Assembly: GCF_000002075.1 (NCBI RefSeq)
Contig: NW_004797281.1
Span: 526,327 to 590,326 of the forward strand
Direction of reading: 5' to 3'
From: Aplysia californica
Taxonomy: Eukaryota
Length of the DNA stretch: 64,000 bases
Shown: one piece after another, positions 1-13,452 of the stretch
Layout: each line of letters opens with the position of its first letter
How positions within the stretch are numbered: position 1 is the first letter of the stretch
The notes under the pieces: generated by a model
Databases searched by the model: none
Seen by the model: only the letters and a program-made list of their open reading frames with translations
What the model was told of the DNA's origin: nothing
Position numbers and translations under genes: made by a program

Positions 1-43
<43 letters not shown>

Positions 44-137
44 ACACATTTTACGGCACTTGCAACACAATATGGTCAAAATAATATGAGTCCAGAAGAT
101 TGAAGATAATTATTGTTATCTAATTTATCCTTTTCAG

Positions 138-1206
138 TTCAAACCAGCGGACGACCAGTTGTACAAAGTATTTGTGTTTATACATGGAGGCAGCCTTGTC
201 ATGGGCTCCGCTAACTATAACACTCCCGGAGACCTGGTTACACAGGTGGGCTACTATTAGGTCGCTTTTAAGCACAAGGGGGCTATCTCGAAAAGTGCTG
301 TTTTGAGAAAATCGAAGGTAAAGTTTTTGGACCTTTGCTCAGTTTCTTTAAAAGGAGAGTTTTCTCAATAACCGAACGAATATTATACACCAAGGAAATC
401 AAACTTCTCGTATAGGTAGGGCAATGCCCACTTTTGGTGTAGGTCAAGATTTCTGGAAACCCCTGAAATCTGGGTTAGCCCCCTTGTCCTTAAAAGCGAC
501 CATTTATAAACAGGGATTTTTTTTCCTTTCAGTTTTGAGTCAAATGGTTGTTGACGTAGATGAGACAATGCGCTACCTTACAATTACTAAGTTCTATCTG
601 ACATTTTTGGATGTTTTGAGTTACTAAGATTTCGAGGTCAGAAACCGAATATGTTCTATCTGCTCTATCAGAATCGTAAGCTGATTATTCGGAGTCGTTA
701 TCAAGATATTCAAAGAACTGAATTCGAAAAAGCTTGACATTTTGTGAAACTCAAAATTTGTGACGTTAAATTTCTCAAAACTAAGTACTGGGGAGATAGA
801 ACTTTGTAATTCTAGGGTAACAACTGGGTGGCTTTATAAATAATGTATAATTATGTAATTTAAGGTTTTCACAACGGTTTTTATCCACGGTTTAGTTCAA
901 GAAACCCGTATGCCACATTTGTCTAAAACTTACTTTTTTTTCTCTTTTCCACGGCCGCTTATCGTTCTTCGTCACCTATTTATATGTTTTCGATGTTAGG
1001 GTCGAACTGTTGATAAGTTATTTACAGTCCGTTCCTCAGATCCAAACGATACATGAGGGAGAAGAGTCTGCTGCCACGGGAAGGCAAAAAAAAGTCGATT
1101 TTAGAAAAATGTGGCATACAGGTTTCTTGAACTGTGCTGTCGGTTTGTATGACTGACTTTGTATGCGCACTCGCGCGTGTGTGTCATGGGGAGGATAGAT
1201 AGAAAA

Positions 1207-1249
<43 letters not shown>

Positions 1250-1387
1250 GATAGAAAGAGAGAGAGAGAGGGAGGGAGAGAGAGAGANNNNNNNNNNNNN
1301 NNNNNNNNNNNNNNNNNNNNNNNNNNNNNNNNNNNNNNNNNNNNNNNNNNNNNNNNNNNNNNNNNNNNNNNNNNNNNNNNNNNNNNN

Positions 1388-1425
<38 letters not shown>

Positions 1426-3981
1426 GCATAATTTCCACTTTCATACGGATTTTTCAGTTCTGTTTTTTTGTCATCTGAAGCTAAGAAAGGAAAAGCAGGC
1501 AACATAAAAAATGCAAGTTTTTATTTCTGATTCGTGTATGCTTATTCAAAATGTGCCGAAACATTGCCTTTGGGTTTCTGCTAATACGATATGATACAGT
1601 GGAGTCCCCTTAAACCGAACACGGTTTATCCGAAAACAGCGGTGATTCGATTAAAAAAAAAAAAAATCCCTTCTGTATTTTTTGTTATGAATTTGAGCAG
1701 TATCTCTGAACGATAACACACGCCTAAATCGAAGAAAATCCGACTCTCTAGCAGATTTCGGTTTAAGTGAACTACCCTGTACAGTATAATATGTCCGGTA
1801 TGCCATTGCTTAAGCTGTTAACTTTCATCCTCTTCCCGCTTTCAGCAACAAATACAACTGAAAGTCGAGGCAACGCTTACTTCATGTACTTCGATCATCG
1901 GCCCACCTACCTACCGCCATCTCACGAGGGGTCACCCCACGGCCTTGACCTGACCTACATGTTTGACACTCATCCACGAGAGTATCTCAGAGAGTTTAAT
2001 CATCCCTTCACAGACCGCAACTTCACAGAAGAAGACGTCAAACTGAAGGAGAAATATATACGCCTGATTTCCGATTTCGTGAAATATGGGTGAGGATTTA
2101 TTGGTCTGTTTGTTTGTTTGTTGTCGTTGTTTTTTGGGGTGGGGTGGGGGTTGTTTGTCTTTAGTTGCTTTTTTATGTCAGTCCATTTGCTTGGCGGTCT
2201 ACCGCGACGTTTGTTCTACATGAAGGTCTACCACAGAACCTGCCTGAAACTGTTCCACTTGACCGTCGAATACAGTACTGTACTACCCTACTCCAGGATA
2301 ACAAAATTCTATCTGCTCAGTACCCGGTTTTGAGAAGTTTGATGTAAAAGATTTTGAGTTTCACAGAAACCAACAGAAAGTCAAGCTTTTTCGAATGTAA
2401 TTCTGTGAATATCTTGATAACGACTCTGAATAGTCTTACGATTTTGATAGAGCATAATTATAATAATATAATAATATAACATTCATTGGTTTCTGACCTC
2501 ATGGTTTAAACAACTCAGAATGACCAAAAATATCACAACTTTGTACTTCTAAGGTAGCGATTAGTCTACTACAATCCACAAACCTAAACCCAACCCAAAA
2601 CCAAACACAACCCGTCGTCAGGTTATGGTTAGGGTTAAAAAGTTCAAAGTACAATAAGAAATCTCGCGCAAAACGGTCAAGTGGACCGGCACCATCTTTT
2701 AAAAAGCAATACATCAGGTGGAGTGTTGATCATCTTTCGGACTTAAGGATGTGTCATGAAACTATCCACAATTCAAAATAGTCCAGTCTTTGTCGTATAA
2801 CGTAATTTCTAACGGTCTCGACTACTTTGTATGAATTAAGACGATTGATTGTAATTGATGCAATACCAGTACATGTAATTTACGTCCCCATCGGTCTAAT
2901 TAAGATAATTTACAAGGCCTTTGCCATTCACAACCATTCAGGAGTGAGGGCATCCAGCAGAAAGACAAAAACAAAGTGGCGAAGCGTCTATAAAATCAAA
3001 TAATCACTGCTTCCCTTCCTAATTTTGAAACAATGTCGCAGTCAAATCCACCCATCCCCCCCCCCCCCCCAATCTCCTCCACCCTTGGAAAGCAATTGTG
3101 GATGAGGAACCGGAAGGGTGGTTGTATTCTTGAAACAGGTATGTTCGCTTCCCCTTTTCAGCATCGTGTAGGTAGGCTCTACTCATGAGGCAAGACCTCC
3201 AAATTAAAGGTACAACAGAGCTATGTTCGTACCTATGAAGAGGCTTGAAAACTCCACAACCAAATTTAATAGCTTCTGTTTCGTGATGTCACATTAGGAA
3301 TCCGAATCAAGGACGTTCCACATTGCAGCTTATCATTATACCAACTGAGCTAACGGTGACCTGCAACGCAGAAAAAATTGAACGTCCCATCTTCGAAAAT
3401 GTTACAAATTTGAAGGGGCGTAGAAAAGACTTTTGGAGGTCTTCAAAGCTTAACAGACTTTGTATTCAGTCCCAAAACGGCCCAAGTTTTACCGAGTATC
3501 TGACCACATATTATATTTCTTTGCGTTTTTGCGAGGAGGGTTTTGCTTTTATTTTGTTTTTTTCTGATGCGATTTTTTGTGGGGTTTTCTTCTGTTGTTT
3601 ATTTCGTTTCGGGCATCCCCAGGTGAAGTTGGCCCCCAGTCGGTGACGAGAATGCTGGGTATTCCTCCAGGGGCGAGCGACAAGCTGTTGACCTGGTACT
3701 CCCAGCCTGACCACCACAACTACAACCCCATCTATGACATATTCGCCGACAAGATTTACACCGCAATGATGTTCAAGTTCTTAGAAACGCACGCTAAAAA
3801 GGAATTAAAACGTGGGTCTGAAAACAGTAACAACAAACAAACAGATCTAAAAAAACCCAACTACAACAACCAAATAACAACGCTTGAAGACCGAACAGCA
3901 GTTGTGTATTTTGTAACTGACTGATTTAAAGAAATTTCCATATATTGCTGTTGTCGTTAGATGTGGTGGTGGTGGTGGTGG

Positions 3982-4036
<55 letters not shown>

Positions 4037-6938
4037 GCATAATTTCCACTTTCATACGGATTTTTCAGTTCTGTTTTTTTGTCATCTGAAGCTAAGAAAG
4101 GAAAAGCAGGCAACATAAAAAATGCAAGTTTTTATTTCTGATTCGTGTATGCTTATTCAAAATGTGCCGAAACATTGCCTTTGGGTTTCTGCTAATACGA
4201 TATGATACAGTGGAGTCCCCTTAAACCGAACACGGTTTATCCGAAAACAGCGGTGATTCGATTAAAAAAAAAAAAAATCCCTTCTGTATTTTTTGTTATG
4301 AATTTGAGCAGTATCTCTGAACGATAACACACGCCTAAATCGAAGAAAATCCGACTCTCTAGCAGATTTCGGTTTAAGTGAACTACCCTGTACAGTATAA
4401 TATGTCCGGTATGCCATTGCTTAAGCTGTTAACTTTCATCCTCTTCCCGCTTTCAGCAACAAATACAACTGAAAGTCGAGGCAACGCTTACTTCATGTAC
4501 TTCGATCATCGGCCCACCTACCTACCGCCATCTCACGAGGGGTCACCCCACGGCCTTGACCTGACCTACATGTTTGACACTCATCCACGAGAGTATCTCA
4601 GAGAGTTTAATCATCCCTTCACAGACCGCAACTTCACAGAAGAAGACGTCAAACTGAAGGAGAAATATATACGCCTGATTTCCGATTTCGTGAAATATGG
4701 GTGAGGATTTATTGGTCTGTTTGTTTGTTTGTTGTCGTTGTTTTTTGGGGTGGGGTGGGGGTTGTTTGTCTTTAGTTGCTTTTTTATGTCAGTCCATTTG
4801 CTTGGCGGTCTACCGCGACGTTTGTTCTACATGAAGGTCTACCACAGAACCTGCCTGAAACTGTTCCACTTGACCGTCGAATACAGTACTGTACTACCCT
4901 ACTCCAGGATAACAAAATTCTATCTGCTCAGTACCCGGTTTTGAGAAGTTTGATGTAAAAGATTTTGAGTTTCACAGAAACCAACAGAAAGTCAAGCTTT
5001 TTCGAATGTAATTCTGTGAATATCTTGATAACGACTCTGAATAGTCTTACGATTTTGATAGAGCATAATTATAATAATATAATAATATAACATTCATTGG
5101 TTTCTGACCTCATGGTTTAAACAACTCAGAATGACCAAAAATATCACAACTTTGTACTTCTAAGGTAGCGATTAGTCTACTACAATCCACAAACCTAAAC
5201 CCAACCCAAAACCAAACACAACCCGTCGTCAGGTTATGGTTAGGGTTAAAAAGTTGACAAATAGAAAAGAAATCTCGCGCAAAACGGTCAAGTGGACCGG
5301 CACCATCTTTTAAAAAGCAATACATCAGGTGGAGTGTTGATCATCTTTCGGACTTAAGGATGTGTCATGAAACTATCCACAATTCAAAATAGTCCAGTCT
5401 TTGTCGTATAACGTAATTTCTAACGGTCTCGACTACTTTGTATGAATTAAGACGATTGATTGTAATTGATGCAATACCAGTACATGTAATTTACGTCCCC
5501 ATCGGTCTAATTAAGATAATTTACAAGGCCTTTGCCATTCACAACCATTCAGGAGTGAGGGCATCCAGCAGAAAGACAAAAACAAAGTGGCGAAGCGTCT
5601 ATAAAATCAAATAATCACTGCTTCCCTTCCTAATTTTGAAACAATGTCGCAGTCAAATCCACCCATAGACGTAAACCTCATAAATTAAATGTAAAAAGAC
5701 GTTCATAATCACTAATGAACAATAGACTATGCCTAACCTTCAAAACCGTTGCATTGCCACAGAAATAGCCTGTTCGCCCCTATCGGGCCATTCCATAAGC
5801 AGTCACAGCCTTTGATTAAGTAAGCTTAAAGTGAGGCTGGAAGAGTCTACCAATAGAGTTGAAGGGAACATGTGCATAGCAGTCAAAACTGTTTCATTGC
5901 CATATATACCCTGTTCACCCCTTTCGAACCACAGTTATAAGCAGCCACACGCGCTGATTATGTAAGCTAACTATTACACTTGTCGAGTCTACCTCACAGA
6001 TGTGAGGGGGACTAACTCCTAATAATATCTTGACAGCTGCGAGTGCTTGTTTTTTTTTCCTCGACTTTTTAACGTCCTATAATCAGATCGTGACCTCGAT
6101 TATGACACTGGCTCCTGGCCGCGAAAAGATAGACAAAAACAGCCAAATGTGAAACAAAAAATTAATAATTGGCATTCTCTACCAAAGTGTTTTGACTGTC
6201 AGGTATAACCTGCCATTGTAGTACTGACATCTCTGCTTCTTTCCTTGGTGTTCGTGTATTCAAATCTTAAGTTAAATTCAAGGTTATTTAGAATAAATAT
6301 TTAATGAAATACTGTCCCTATTATTTTAGCGGTTGAATATGCATACAAAATGAATTCAGGATTTGTTTTCATTCACAACTCAGAGTTGCCGCCTCCGGTA
6401 AGATTCTTGTGACTTGTGTGAGTGTGATATCTCGAGGCCCTATCTGGTCCCATCTCACTTTGATTACCCTGTCAAACAAGTCAGCCTTCGCCCCTGCAAA
6501 AAACATAATTATATTTTGCTCTATGAAACAGACCTCCCCAGTCAGGAATCAAATTCATGTCTTTTGTATACTTCAACCAAGAGCCAAACCATTAAAGAAT
6601 AGACGCATTTAGCTAATATAGTCAACGACAATAAAGTGGGCGGGTTTCGCTCTTTCTCCTTCCTACTCCACCCCCACCTATAAGAAAAAAAAATTAACTC
6701 CTCACCAATCTTTTTTTGTTTGCGTTTCCCTCCTAGAAACCCAGCAACGTCAATGGCCGCGGGGCAGAGTCAGGAGAAGTGGCTTCCCTTTGAGGAAGAC
6801 TCGGAGAGTTATCTCAGTTTTTCGCCCCAGCCCACCGTGAAGTACTTCCCGCTCTTAGCTCGCCGCCATCTTTGGAGGGAAATTGTGCCTCAATGGATCT
6901 CCGAGGAGCAGAAGGTTCCAGTTAAAGACGAGTTTTGA
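138..6938 (+). CDS. Type-B carboxylesterase (alpha/beta-hydrolase), partial; ER-retained (C-terminal KDEF). Visible exons 138-245, 3623-3811, 4457-4700 (extra copy at 1846-2089), 6737-6938
   Basis: Exon 138-245 reads FKPADDQLYKVFVFIHGGSLVMGSA (oxyanion-hole region). Exon 4457-4700 has AYFMYFDHRP...GSPHGLDLTYMF (catalytic His region) and ends DFVKYG, splicing in phase to NP...WLPF...KDEF*. All are AG/GT-bounded with compatible phases from 3623 onward. The GxSxG exon(s) are not visible (gap 1288-1387) and 5' exons lie outside the window. Confidence 0.85.
272..489. mobile_element. TTAA-flanked MITE (Kolobok-like)
   Basis: TTAA|GCACAAGGGGGCTA ... TAGCCCCCTTGTCC|TTAA. Confidence 0.7.
574..819. 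mobile_element. ~250-bp MITE, TIR ~TACCTTAGAATTACAAAGTTCTATCT
   Basis: Inverted termini; reverse-oriented copies at 2289-2556, 4900-5167 and 49601-49851. Confidence 0.8.
1388..5666 (+). repeat. Near-identical direct duplication (1388-3055 = 3999-5666, offset 2611) containing a carboxylesterase exon
   Basis: The copies read identical except an 11-nt patch (2645-2655 vs 5256-5266); the first copy starts at an N-gap. Confidence 0.95.
1595..1781. mobile_element. Tigger/pogo-like MITE (second copy 4206-4392)
   Basis: TACAGTGGAGTCCCCTTAAACCGAA ... TTCGGTTTAAGTGAACTACCCTGTA. Confidence 0.65.
5740..6058 (+). repeat. Diverged ~143-bp tandem dimer ending in CTTGTTTTT
   Basis: TCAAAAC.GTT.CATTGCCA...CCTGTTC.CCCCT.TCG...ATAAGCAG.CACA...TGATTA.GTAAGCT...GAGTCTACC occurs twice. 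Confidence 0.65.
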
Positions 6939-6989
6939 CAGTAGGCTACTACATATATAGCCGTTATGTTTTATTTAGGTCTGTATGTG

Positions 6990-7130
6990 AAAGGTACCCA
7001 GCTATAGGCTGTGAAAGATCTTGTCAGTACATGTATGTTAGTGTTTGAGAGCTTAATCAGCTGCTTCCACTGCATGCTTCCTAGAAAGCTGATAAAGTTT
7101 CTGAGTGTACTTGTAATAACCGTTACAGAG
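6990..7130 (+). mobile_element. Core fragment of the same tRNA-SINE in the carboxylesterase 3' region
   Basis: GGTACCCAGCTATAG...AAAGATCTTGTCAGT...TGTTAGTGTTTGAG...CACTGCATGCTTCC matches 61445-61555. Confidence 0.75.
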
Positions 7131-8809
7131 CCTGCTGTCGAACGGNNNNNNNNNNNNNNNNNNNNNNNNNNNNNNNNNNNNNNNNNNNNNNNNNNNNNNN
7201 NNNNNNNNNNNNNNNNNNNNNNNNNNNNNNNNNNNNNNNNNNNNNNNNNNNNNNNNNNNNNNNNNNNNNNNNNNNNNNNNNNNNNNNNNNNNNNNNNNNN
7301 NNNNNNNNNNNNNNNNNNNNNNNNNNNNNNNNNNNNNNNNNNNNNNNNNNNNNNNNNNNNNNNNNNNNNAAATGCCGACGTGTTTCATTTGTTTAAAATG
7401 AAGGCCTTTCACGCCCCCACAATTTATGTTACTCAGGAGGCGGGCTTTAACCATGTCTATCAGGGTCAACTCAGGATGAGAGGGAGACAACAGCCCAGTA
7501 GAAAGACCTGTGAGATACTCGATAAAACTTCTCCCCACTCTAGGATAGAACTCAAATTTTCTGTGTGCAAGTGCATTGGGANNNNNNNNNNNNNNNNNNN
7601 NNNNNNNNNNNNNNNNNNNNNNNNNNNNNNNNNNNNNNNNNNNNNNNNNNNNNNNNNNNNNNNNNNNNNNNNNNNNNNNNNNNNNNNNNNNNNNNNNNNN
7701 NNNNNNNNNNNNNNNTCAGAGCGCTGACATGCAAATTCATCTCTGTTAGTGTCGGTATCGTTTGAGAATACAAATTTTTTAATGTGCTTGACAATTATCA
7801 TAAGCTTTCCTCTTCTTCGAAATAAAAAACCAGTTTATGTAAGTCGTTTGCATAATTTGTTAATGACCAAGTCATGTATCAGTCCACGGGGTCACCAAAA
7901 GTGGACCTTTTATAACTGAAAGAATGTCGCGCGCGGGCTGGATAAACTTTTGTTCAATAAAATAAACTAATTACAGATCTGTTAAATGAAACATTTCTCA
8001 CATTAAGGTCGATCAAAAGTGTAAATTATTAGCTTACAAAAGTTATGAAGTCTATAACAGAACTTTTAATTAGCACATTAGAATTCAATGAAATGACTAG
8101 AGATCTAGTCAGATTGGATTAATTTGTCTGGTGATGAAATCCTTTTGGTGACCTCTCTATGATGGTATACTTGAGGGTTTGTGTTTTGTTTGATTGTTGT
8201 TGGGTTTTTTTTGGGTTTTTTTTTTTTTGGGGGGGGGGTTGTTTTTGTTGAATGGCCAAAGCATGGACAGCATACAAATGTACAGCAGAGATGACAAATG
8301 AGTCTCTGTGAAAGCGTTGTCTCACTGGCGCCCAAGAAACAGTGTATAACAACAAAATACAATTAATTTAGTGGTGAAAGGACTCATGCATATAAAAAAA
8401 CCCCCAACAAAACAACAACACCACCTCCCAAAAAAGAGAAAAAAACAACGACAAAAAAAAAAAAAAAAAACCCACGTGTGCATAGAATATAAGTTACGAG
8501 AAGATGAGTTCGAATTGATTTTTACAAAATTTGCTTTTCATTATCCTTTGTCTTCCGTTTAGTTATTGCTACCGCGATACATTTTGTTGATTAAAAAGAA
8601 TCAGAGATCTCGACTTTGCTTCCATTTCAAAGTTCAGGACAAACTTTGTAAGAGCTGACACATATTATGTATACAGAGTACCATTAAGTTAGGCCACAGA
8701 TAGTCATGCCAGTTTGTCACTGTACTCATAGGGCTTTATGTCTTCTTTCACTTTAGTTTAAGAGTTTTACACTTAGGAGTACACCCTAAGCAACCCACTC
8801 GGAGACCTT

Positions 8810-8955
8810 AGACGGGCGGGTAAAGGGAAAGATCAGGATCATGTAACTTTTTTTTTCGGAGCATCCCAGCTTAGGATTGAATGGAGAACCGTGATCGTTG
8901 ATGTCTTTAGCAGATTTAGCAGATCTGGCACTTGATGATGATGACGACGATGAGG
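8810..8955 (+). mobile_element. Extreme 3' fragment of an RTE-like LINE
   Basis: GAATGGAGAACCGTGATCGTTGATGTC...TCTGGCACTTGA followed by a (TGA)n tail; related fragments at ~36530-36598 (+) and ~62395-62510 (-). The clade assignment is inference from the ORF running into a short-repeat tail. Confidence 0.55.
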
Positions 8956-10207
8956 AGTTTTTACACCTACCAACTGACCAGAGAAAAGGCTCGTTCAAAG
9001 AAATGTTAATAACTTTCTTGTTTATGACTCAATTGATATCAAAACTGCCCAAAAGCTAAAACATACATCGGGATTATGTTTTTTTCAAAACCGTATTTGA
9101 TACTGCACAAAAGAAAGATGATAATGCAGTTTTCCCTGTGCAATTTGCTTTTTCGCGTTATATTATGTATCAGCAAGCAAATTCTCTCAAATCGCCCTGT
9201 CCATTATTTGATCGAGAATGCGGAATGGATATCTGCAACAAACCTAATTTTACCAGGCAAAGGTCCCTTTTGTAATGGGCTGCGAATTTTGAAAGGTTTC
9301 GGAACCTAAAAAAGAGGATTTGAATTCTAAGTGCCGAGTAACAACACACGGCAGCCAGCCTGTTAAAAACAACGCACTCTTTACAAGGTTAAGCTGGTCC
9401 GTCATTCGGTGAACTCTGACCGAACACTTTGTCATCTTACCAAAATTCTGGAGGGGCTTTGAACTTTAATTTGTTGATGATAAAAGGAAAAAGAACCGGT
9501 TCTTCCAGCAAGATATGGCTGCTCTTCATGACGCCAGAGTCGTTCTGGGCTGGGTCAGCAACCATTTTGATTACAGGACAGTCAGTCCACAGAGCACAAC
9601 TGGACCCTAAATAATCCGGACGTGAGTCCACTGGACTTTCATCATCGGGGATGTTTGGAAGACAAGAAGTGCGGGAAAACCTTCGAAAGTATCCTCGACT
9701 CGAGAGAAACCATCATGGAGGCGGAGGGCACAAAGAGAGATTCCCCCGAGCACTGTCAACGAGTGGTTGTCAATTTCACTAAGCGTGTCAGAATGAAATG
9801 TGCTTTACTCGAAAATTATAGGGGTATCTGGAAGATATCTTGTAACATTGTTCGTGGAATCGCATAATTTCACATTTTTGGGCTCTGTTTGCATAATTTC
9901 AGAATTTTTTTTTGTGTGTGCATAAAACCGCGGGGACAGGTAGATTTAAACACCAGAAATGTGCAGGGAGATAACCATACTTAAATAATCCTGTTATGTA
10001 AAGCAAGTAAATGGATGGGTTCAGCGCCCCTTTCACAATGTTACGACAATGTACATGTATTAAAAAGGCAAGATCTCTAAATCTAATGTCCATCTTCGAT
10101 AGTAAGAGCCAAGTGGATTCGCTTCAGAGCCGTAAAACTCCACAAAACAAATCAAGTTCAAAATACTCGGTCCCCCCCCCCCCCCTTTTTGTTTCGGTTA
10201 GTGTTTT

Positions 10208-10437
10208 TTTAGTTTTAGTAAGAGTTTTACGGCACTTGCAACACAATAAGGTCATATAAGTGCCGAAGATTAGAGGTGTTACAAGAGTGTAACAAACTCC
10301 CCCCCAAAAAGGAGAGAAAAGGACGATAGATGTTTGAATGGAAAGAAGAAGCAAACCACACCAGAGCACCCGCCAACCACCCACTTGGTTAGTGTTTACG
10401 GCGCTCTCAACTTCGTAAGGTCATAATATGAGCGCAC
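10208..10437 (-). mobile_element. Family B retroposon: full copy plus adjacent 3'-end fragment
   Basis: TTTTAGTAAGAGTTTTACGGCACTTGCAACAC...CACCAGAGCACCCGCCAACCACCCAC followed by a second GTTTACGGCGCTC...GAGCGC hairpin. Confidence 0.8.
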
Positions 10438-10517
10438 GGGGTTGGGGGTTTAAATTTGCGCTGTGCCCTCGGTAGTCCAGCATGATTTCACTTTTGAGCC
10501 AACGGAGCTTCCCCATG

Positions 10518-10706
10518 AACAGCAGAAGCAGTAGCAGTAGCAACAGCAAAGTAGTAGAAATAGTAGTAGTAGTCGACATAGTAGTAGTATTAGCAACAGC
10601 AGCAGCAGTACTTGTACTACTAGTAGTACTCGTACTACTACTGCTACTACTGGTACTATTACTACTACTACTACCACTGATACTACTGCTACTACATTTG
10701 TACTAC
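10518..10706. repeat. (GTA/GCA)n followed by (CTA)n: self-complementary microsatellite pair
   Basis: Direct reading of the sequence. Confidence 0.85.
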
Positions 10707-11401
10707 AATGAAACTCGGATATACAAAGTCGACGGACCTAACCTTCGATTTCGTTGAATCCGAGTGTTCCTTACAGCACTGTGAGCAACAAGTTGCGTCA
10801 CAATGTAGGGCTTAGTATTAATAAATATACGGTATCGTTTGCTTTCAAAGAGCAGCGCACAATCCATTTCGTAGATTTACATTATGTCTAGACTAGTCTT
10901 TCATTGCCCAGCAGCTCGTGGGGAGGGGGTGGATATGATTGTGACGCGTCTGTATCTCTGCCGACTTTCCACTCCCGCCCGAAACGGTTAATGCCCCCCC
11001 CCCGAAATACCCTCAGACACACATACACTAACAGCCAACTGGCCGACCTCTCTTGACCCTAGCAGGACACATCATGTGTTACTACGCTCGTGTTGGTGTG
11101 AAAGAAGGCTTATAAATCTGATCGGACACCTACGATTAATAAGAAAAAGACGCACACAATAGGATAGGCTACTAAGCGAAGTGTAACCTAAGTGTAACGA
11201 CCCACGGGGCAAGTGCGATTGATGGTCTCTTAGAGGAAATAAGGTTTGTGGCGACTTGGTTGAATCTGAGTTCACTTTATTTATACATGTAATGCGTTAA
11301 TTGAATCTGAGTTAATTTGTTGATTTAGATGAATAATAATAAAAATAATATTAAAAAAGAGAAAAATCTGTCTCCTTTTGTTCAATCTGAGTTCCACTGT
11401 A
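10704..11401. mobile_element. Tigger/pogo-like MITE
   Basis: TACAATGAAACTCGGAT ... AATCTGAGTTCCACTGTA with internal repeats of GTTGAATC(C/T)GAGT. Confidence 0.6.
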
Positions 11402-12624
11402 CATCAACTCCCCTTTTTTTTAGCAAGCGGACAAAGAGCAGAAGGCTACGGAGGCAGCAGCAGAAGGAAAGATAGTAGAAGTTTTACATTACATTCAACA
11501 CAAATAGTAAATACGTCATATGAGTGAAAAAGATTAGAGGTGTTATGAGAGATTTATTTATAAAGAAAAGAAGCAGGGGAGACAAGGATGATAGATTTAT
11601 TTGATAGGAAAGAAGGAGCAAACCACATTAGAGCACATGCCAAGCACCCACAAAAATGACAACAACAGCTGCACAAAATTAAACTCAAAGCAATGAAAGT
11701 AATCCTTATTCCTAAATGTGTCAAGAAGTCAAGAAGCAATGGAATCATGCGCTCATCAATTTTTTGGGCACGTGCAATTACACATGTATTGATATCTTAA
11801 AGCTTTTTCATTTGTTTTGTTTTTGATGAAAGGAACACTCATTTATCATGAATAGAAGAATTGTGATAGAAAGAGGTGGGGGTTGCCTGGTTTCAGAGGT
11901 AAAATTTCCATGTAGCGAGGAAATGCGCGCCAAAGTTCAGCGACTTCCACAGGTTGAGAGTCCTTGGAAACTGCAGGTTTACATTTTTTTGTGCCTTCCA
12001 TCAACTTTTTCCAGTGAAATCCACCCAGAAATGTGTTTTTAAATGGACATCAAAAGGTGTCGAGCCAAAACTTTAAAAAAATTCGATAAAAACTGCTAAA
12101 TCTAGATGGGCGGAAAAAAAGCTGGTTTCTTTGATTTCATCATATTGGTAAGTGCCTGTTTTCACCACGATGCCTCACATAATTATTGTCTTTTTTTTGG
12201 TAAGAATTTTGCGGCGCTTGCATTGCAACACAGTAAGGTCATACAAGTGCCGCAGAACAGATTTAACTTACACAAAAAAGAAGGAAGAGAAATAAGGACG
12301 ATAGATGTTTGATAGGAAAAAAGGAGCAAACCACACCAGAGCACTCACCAACCTCCAACTTATCGTCTTCAACTTCAACATCACCATCGACAGCAGCTTT
12401 TGTTTACAGACTAACGAAAACGCGAAACAAGCAGAGGCAAAAAAAAAAGACAAACATAACGATAACTAGCTGGTACATATCACAATATTTAATGAAATGT
12501 ACACACATGTTCAGGCGTTTGACATGTTACAAATATTCTCTTGTTTTTGTTTGTTTGTCCAAAGCATCCACATAAAGAGAGTAATGTGCAATTCTTTTTG
12601 GCCTTGAACAGACCACTAGGCATT

Positions 12625-13061
12625 TAGAGTGGAAACCTGATATAACAGGGATGGTGGGACCAGAGAAAAAGTCCTGTTATATCAGATCCCTGTTAAATAA
12701 AAAATGCAAGGGAATTTTAAGCATTTGCGGACTAATCCAGCTAGGCTTAGGGCTAGATTGAAGTCTGCAGCACAACGCAGCCCTCTCTTGCTTCACCCGC
12801 TGCATGAGTTTGCAGTGGCGTGGCTTGCGTGGGCTTGCTACTTGTTACTTTCTCGCTCTCTCTTTTTCTCTCTTACTTTTTACACATTGTTAACGAGCCT
12901 TTGTCCCTGCTATAACCGGTTGGGCTCCTTTGAGGTCCTGTCATAGCTGATAACTTTTATTAATAGAGACAAAGAGTAGGAAAAAAGCAGGGATTTCAAA
13001 AATCCCTGTTATTACTAGATCCGTGTTATTACCGGGCCTGTTATATATGGTTTCCACTGTA
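12625..13061. mobile_element. Tigger/pogo-like MITE
   Basis: TAGAGTGGAAACCTGATATAACAGG ... CCTGTTATATATGGTTTCCACTGTA. Confidence 0.7.
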
Positions 13062-13452
13062 TACATTATAAGGAATCATTTTCTGTGTCCAAATATCAAA
13101 ACTGGAAAAAGCAACGGACAAGCACAACATTTATGGAAAAAAATCACAATACCTGGCCACATTTAAGAATAGTTGTCAAGGAGATTCATAATGTGGGTGT
13201 ATATCAAACTGCGCATTTGTGAATGTGAATAGGTATCTAAGAGGCCATATTATTAGATATGCTTTAGATGATACCATAACACAGATTCAGACCAGCTGTT
13301 ATGACAGGTAAGCATCTTCCACTTATTCCAGACACGACTTCCATCACGCATGAGTAAAAATCTTTCATACAATTAATACAAACAACCACTTCCTTCAGGA
13401 AGCAAACATTTTTTCAAAACAATAATGCAATATGCCATGGGCATTTACGCCT

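Noticed and set aside
7011-7801. Longest ORFs in the track (238 and 161 aa)
   Set aside because: Open only because they span N-gaps; the flanks are SINE fragments.
10208-10385. Hammerhead ribozyme/retrozyme identity for family B
   Set aside because: No CTGA(N)GA...GAAA core with supporting stems was seen in the consensus on either strand.
10450-10757. Hydrophobic and Ser-rich ORFs; likewise poly-His, poly-Pro, poly-Ser and CV-repeat ORFs elsewhere
   Set aside because: Translations of microsatellites and homopolymers.
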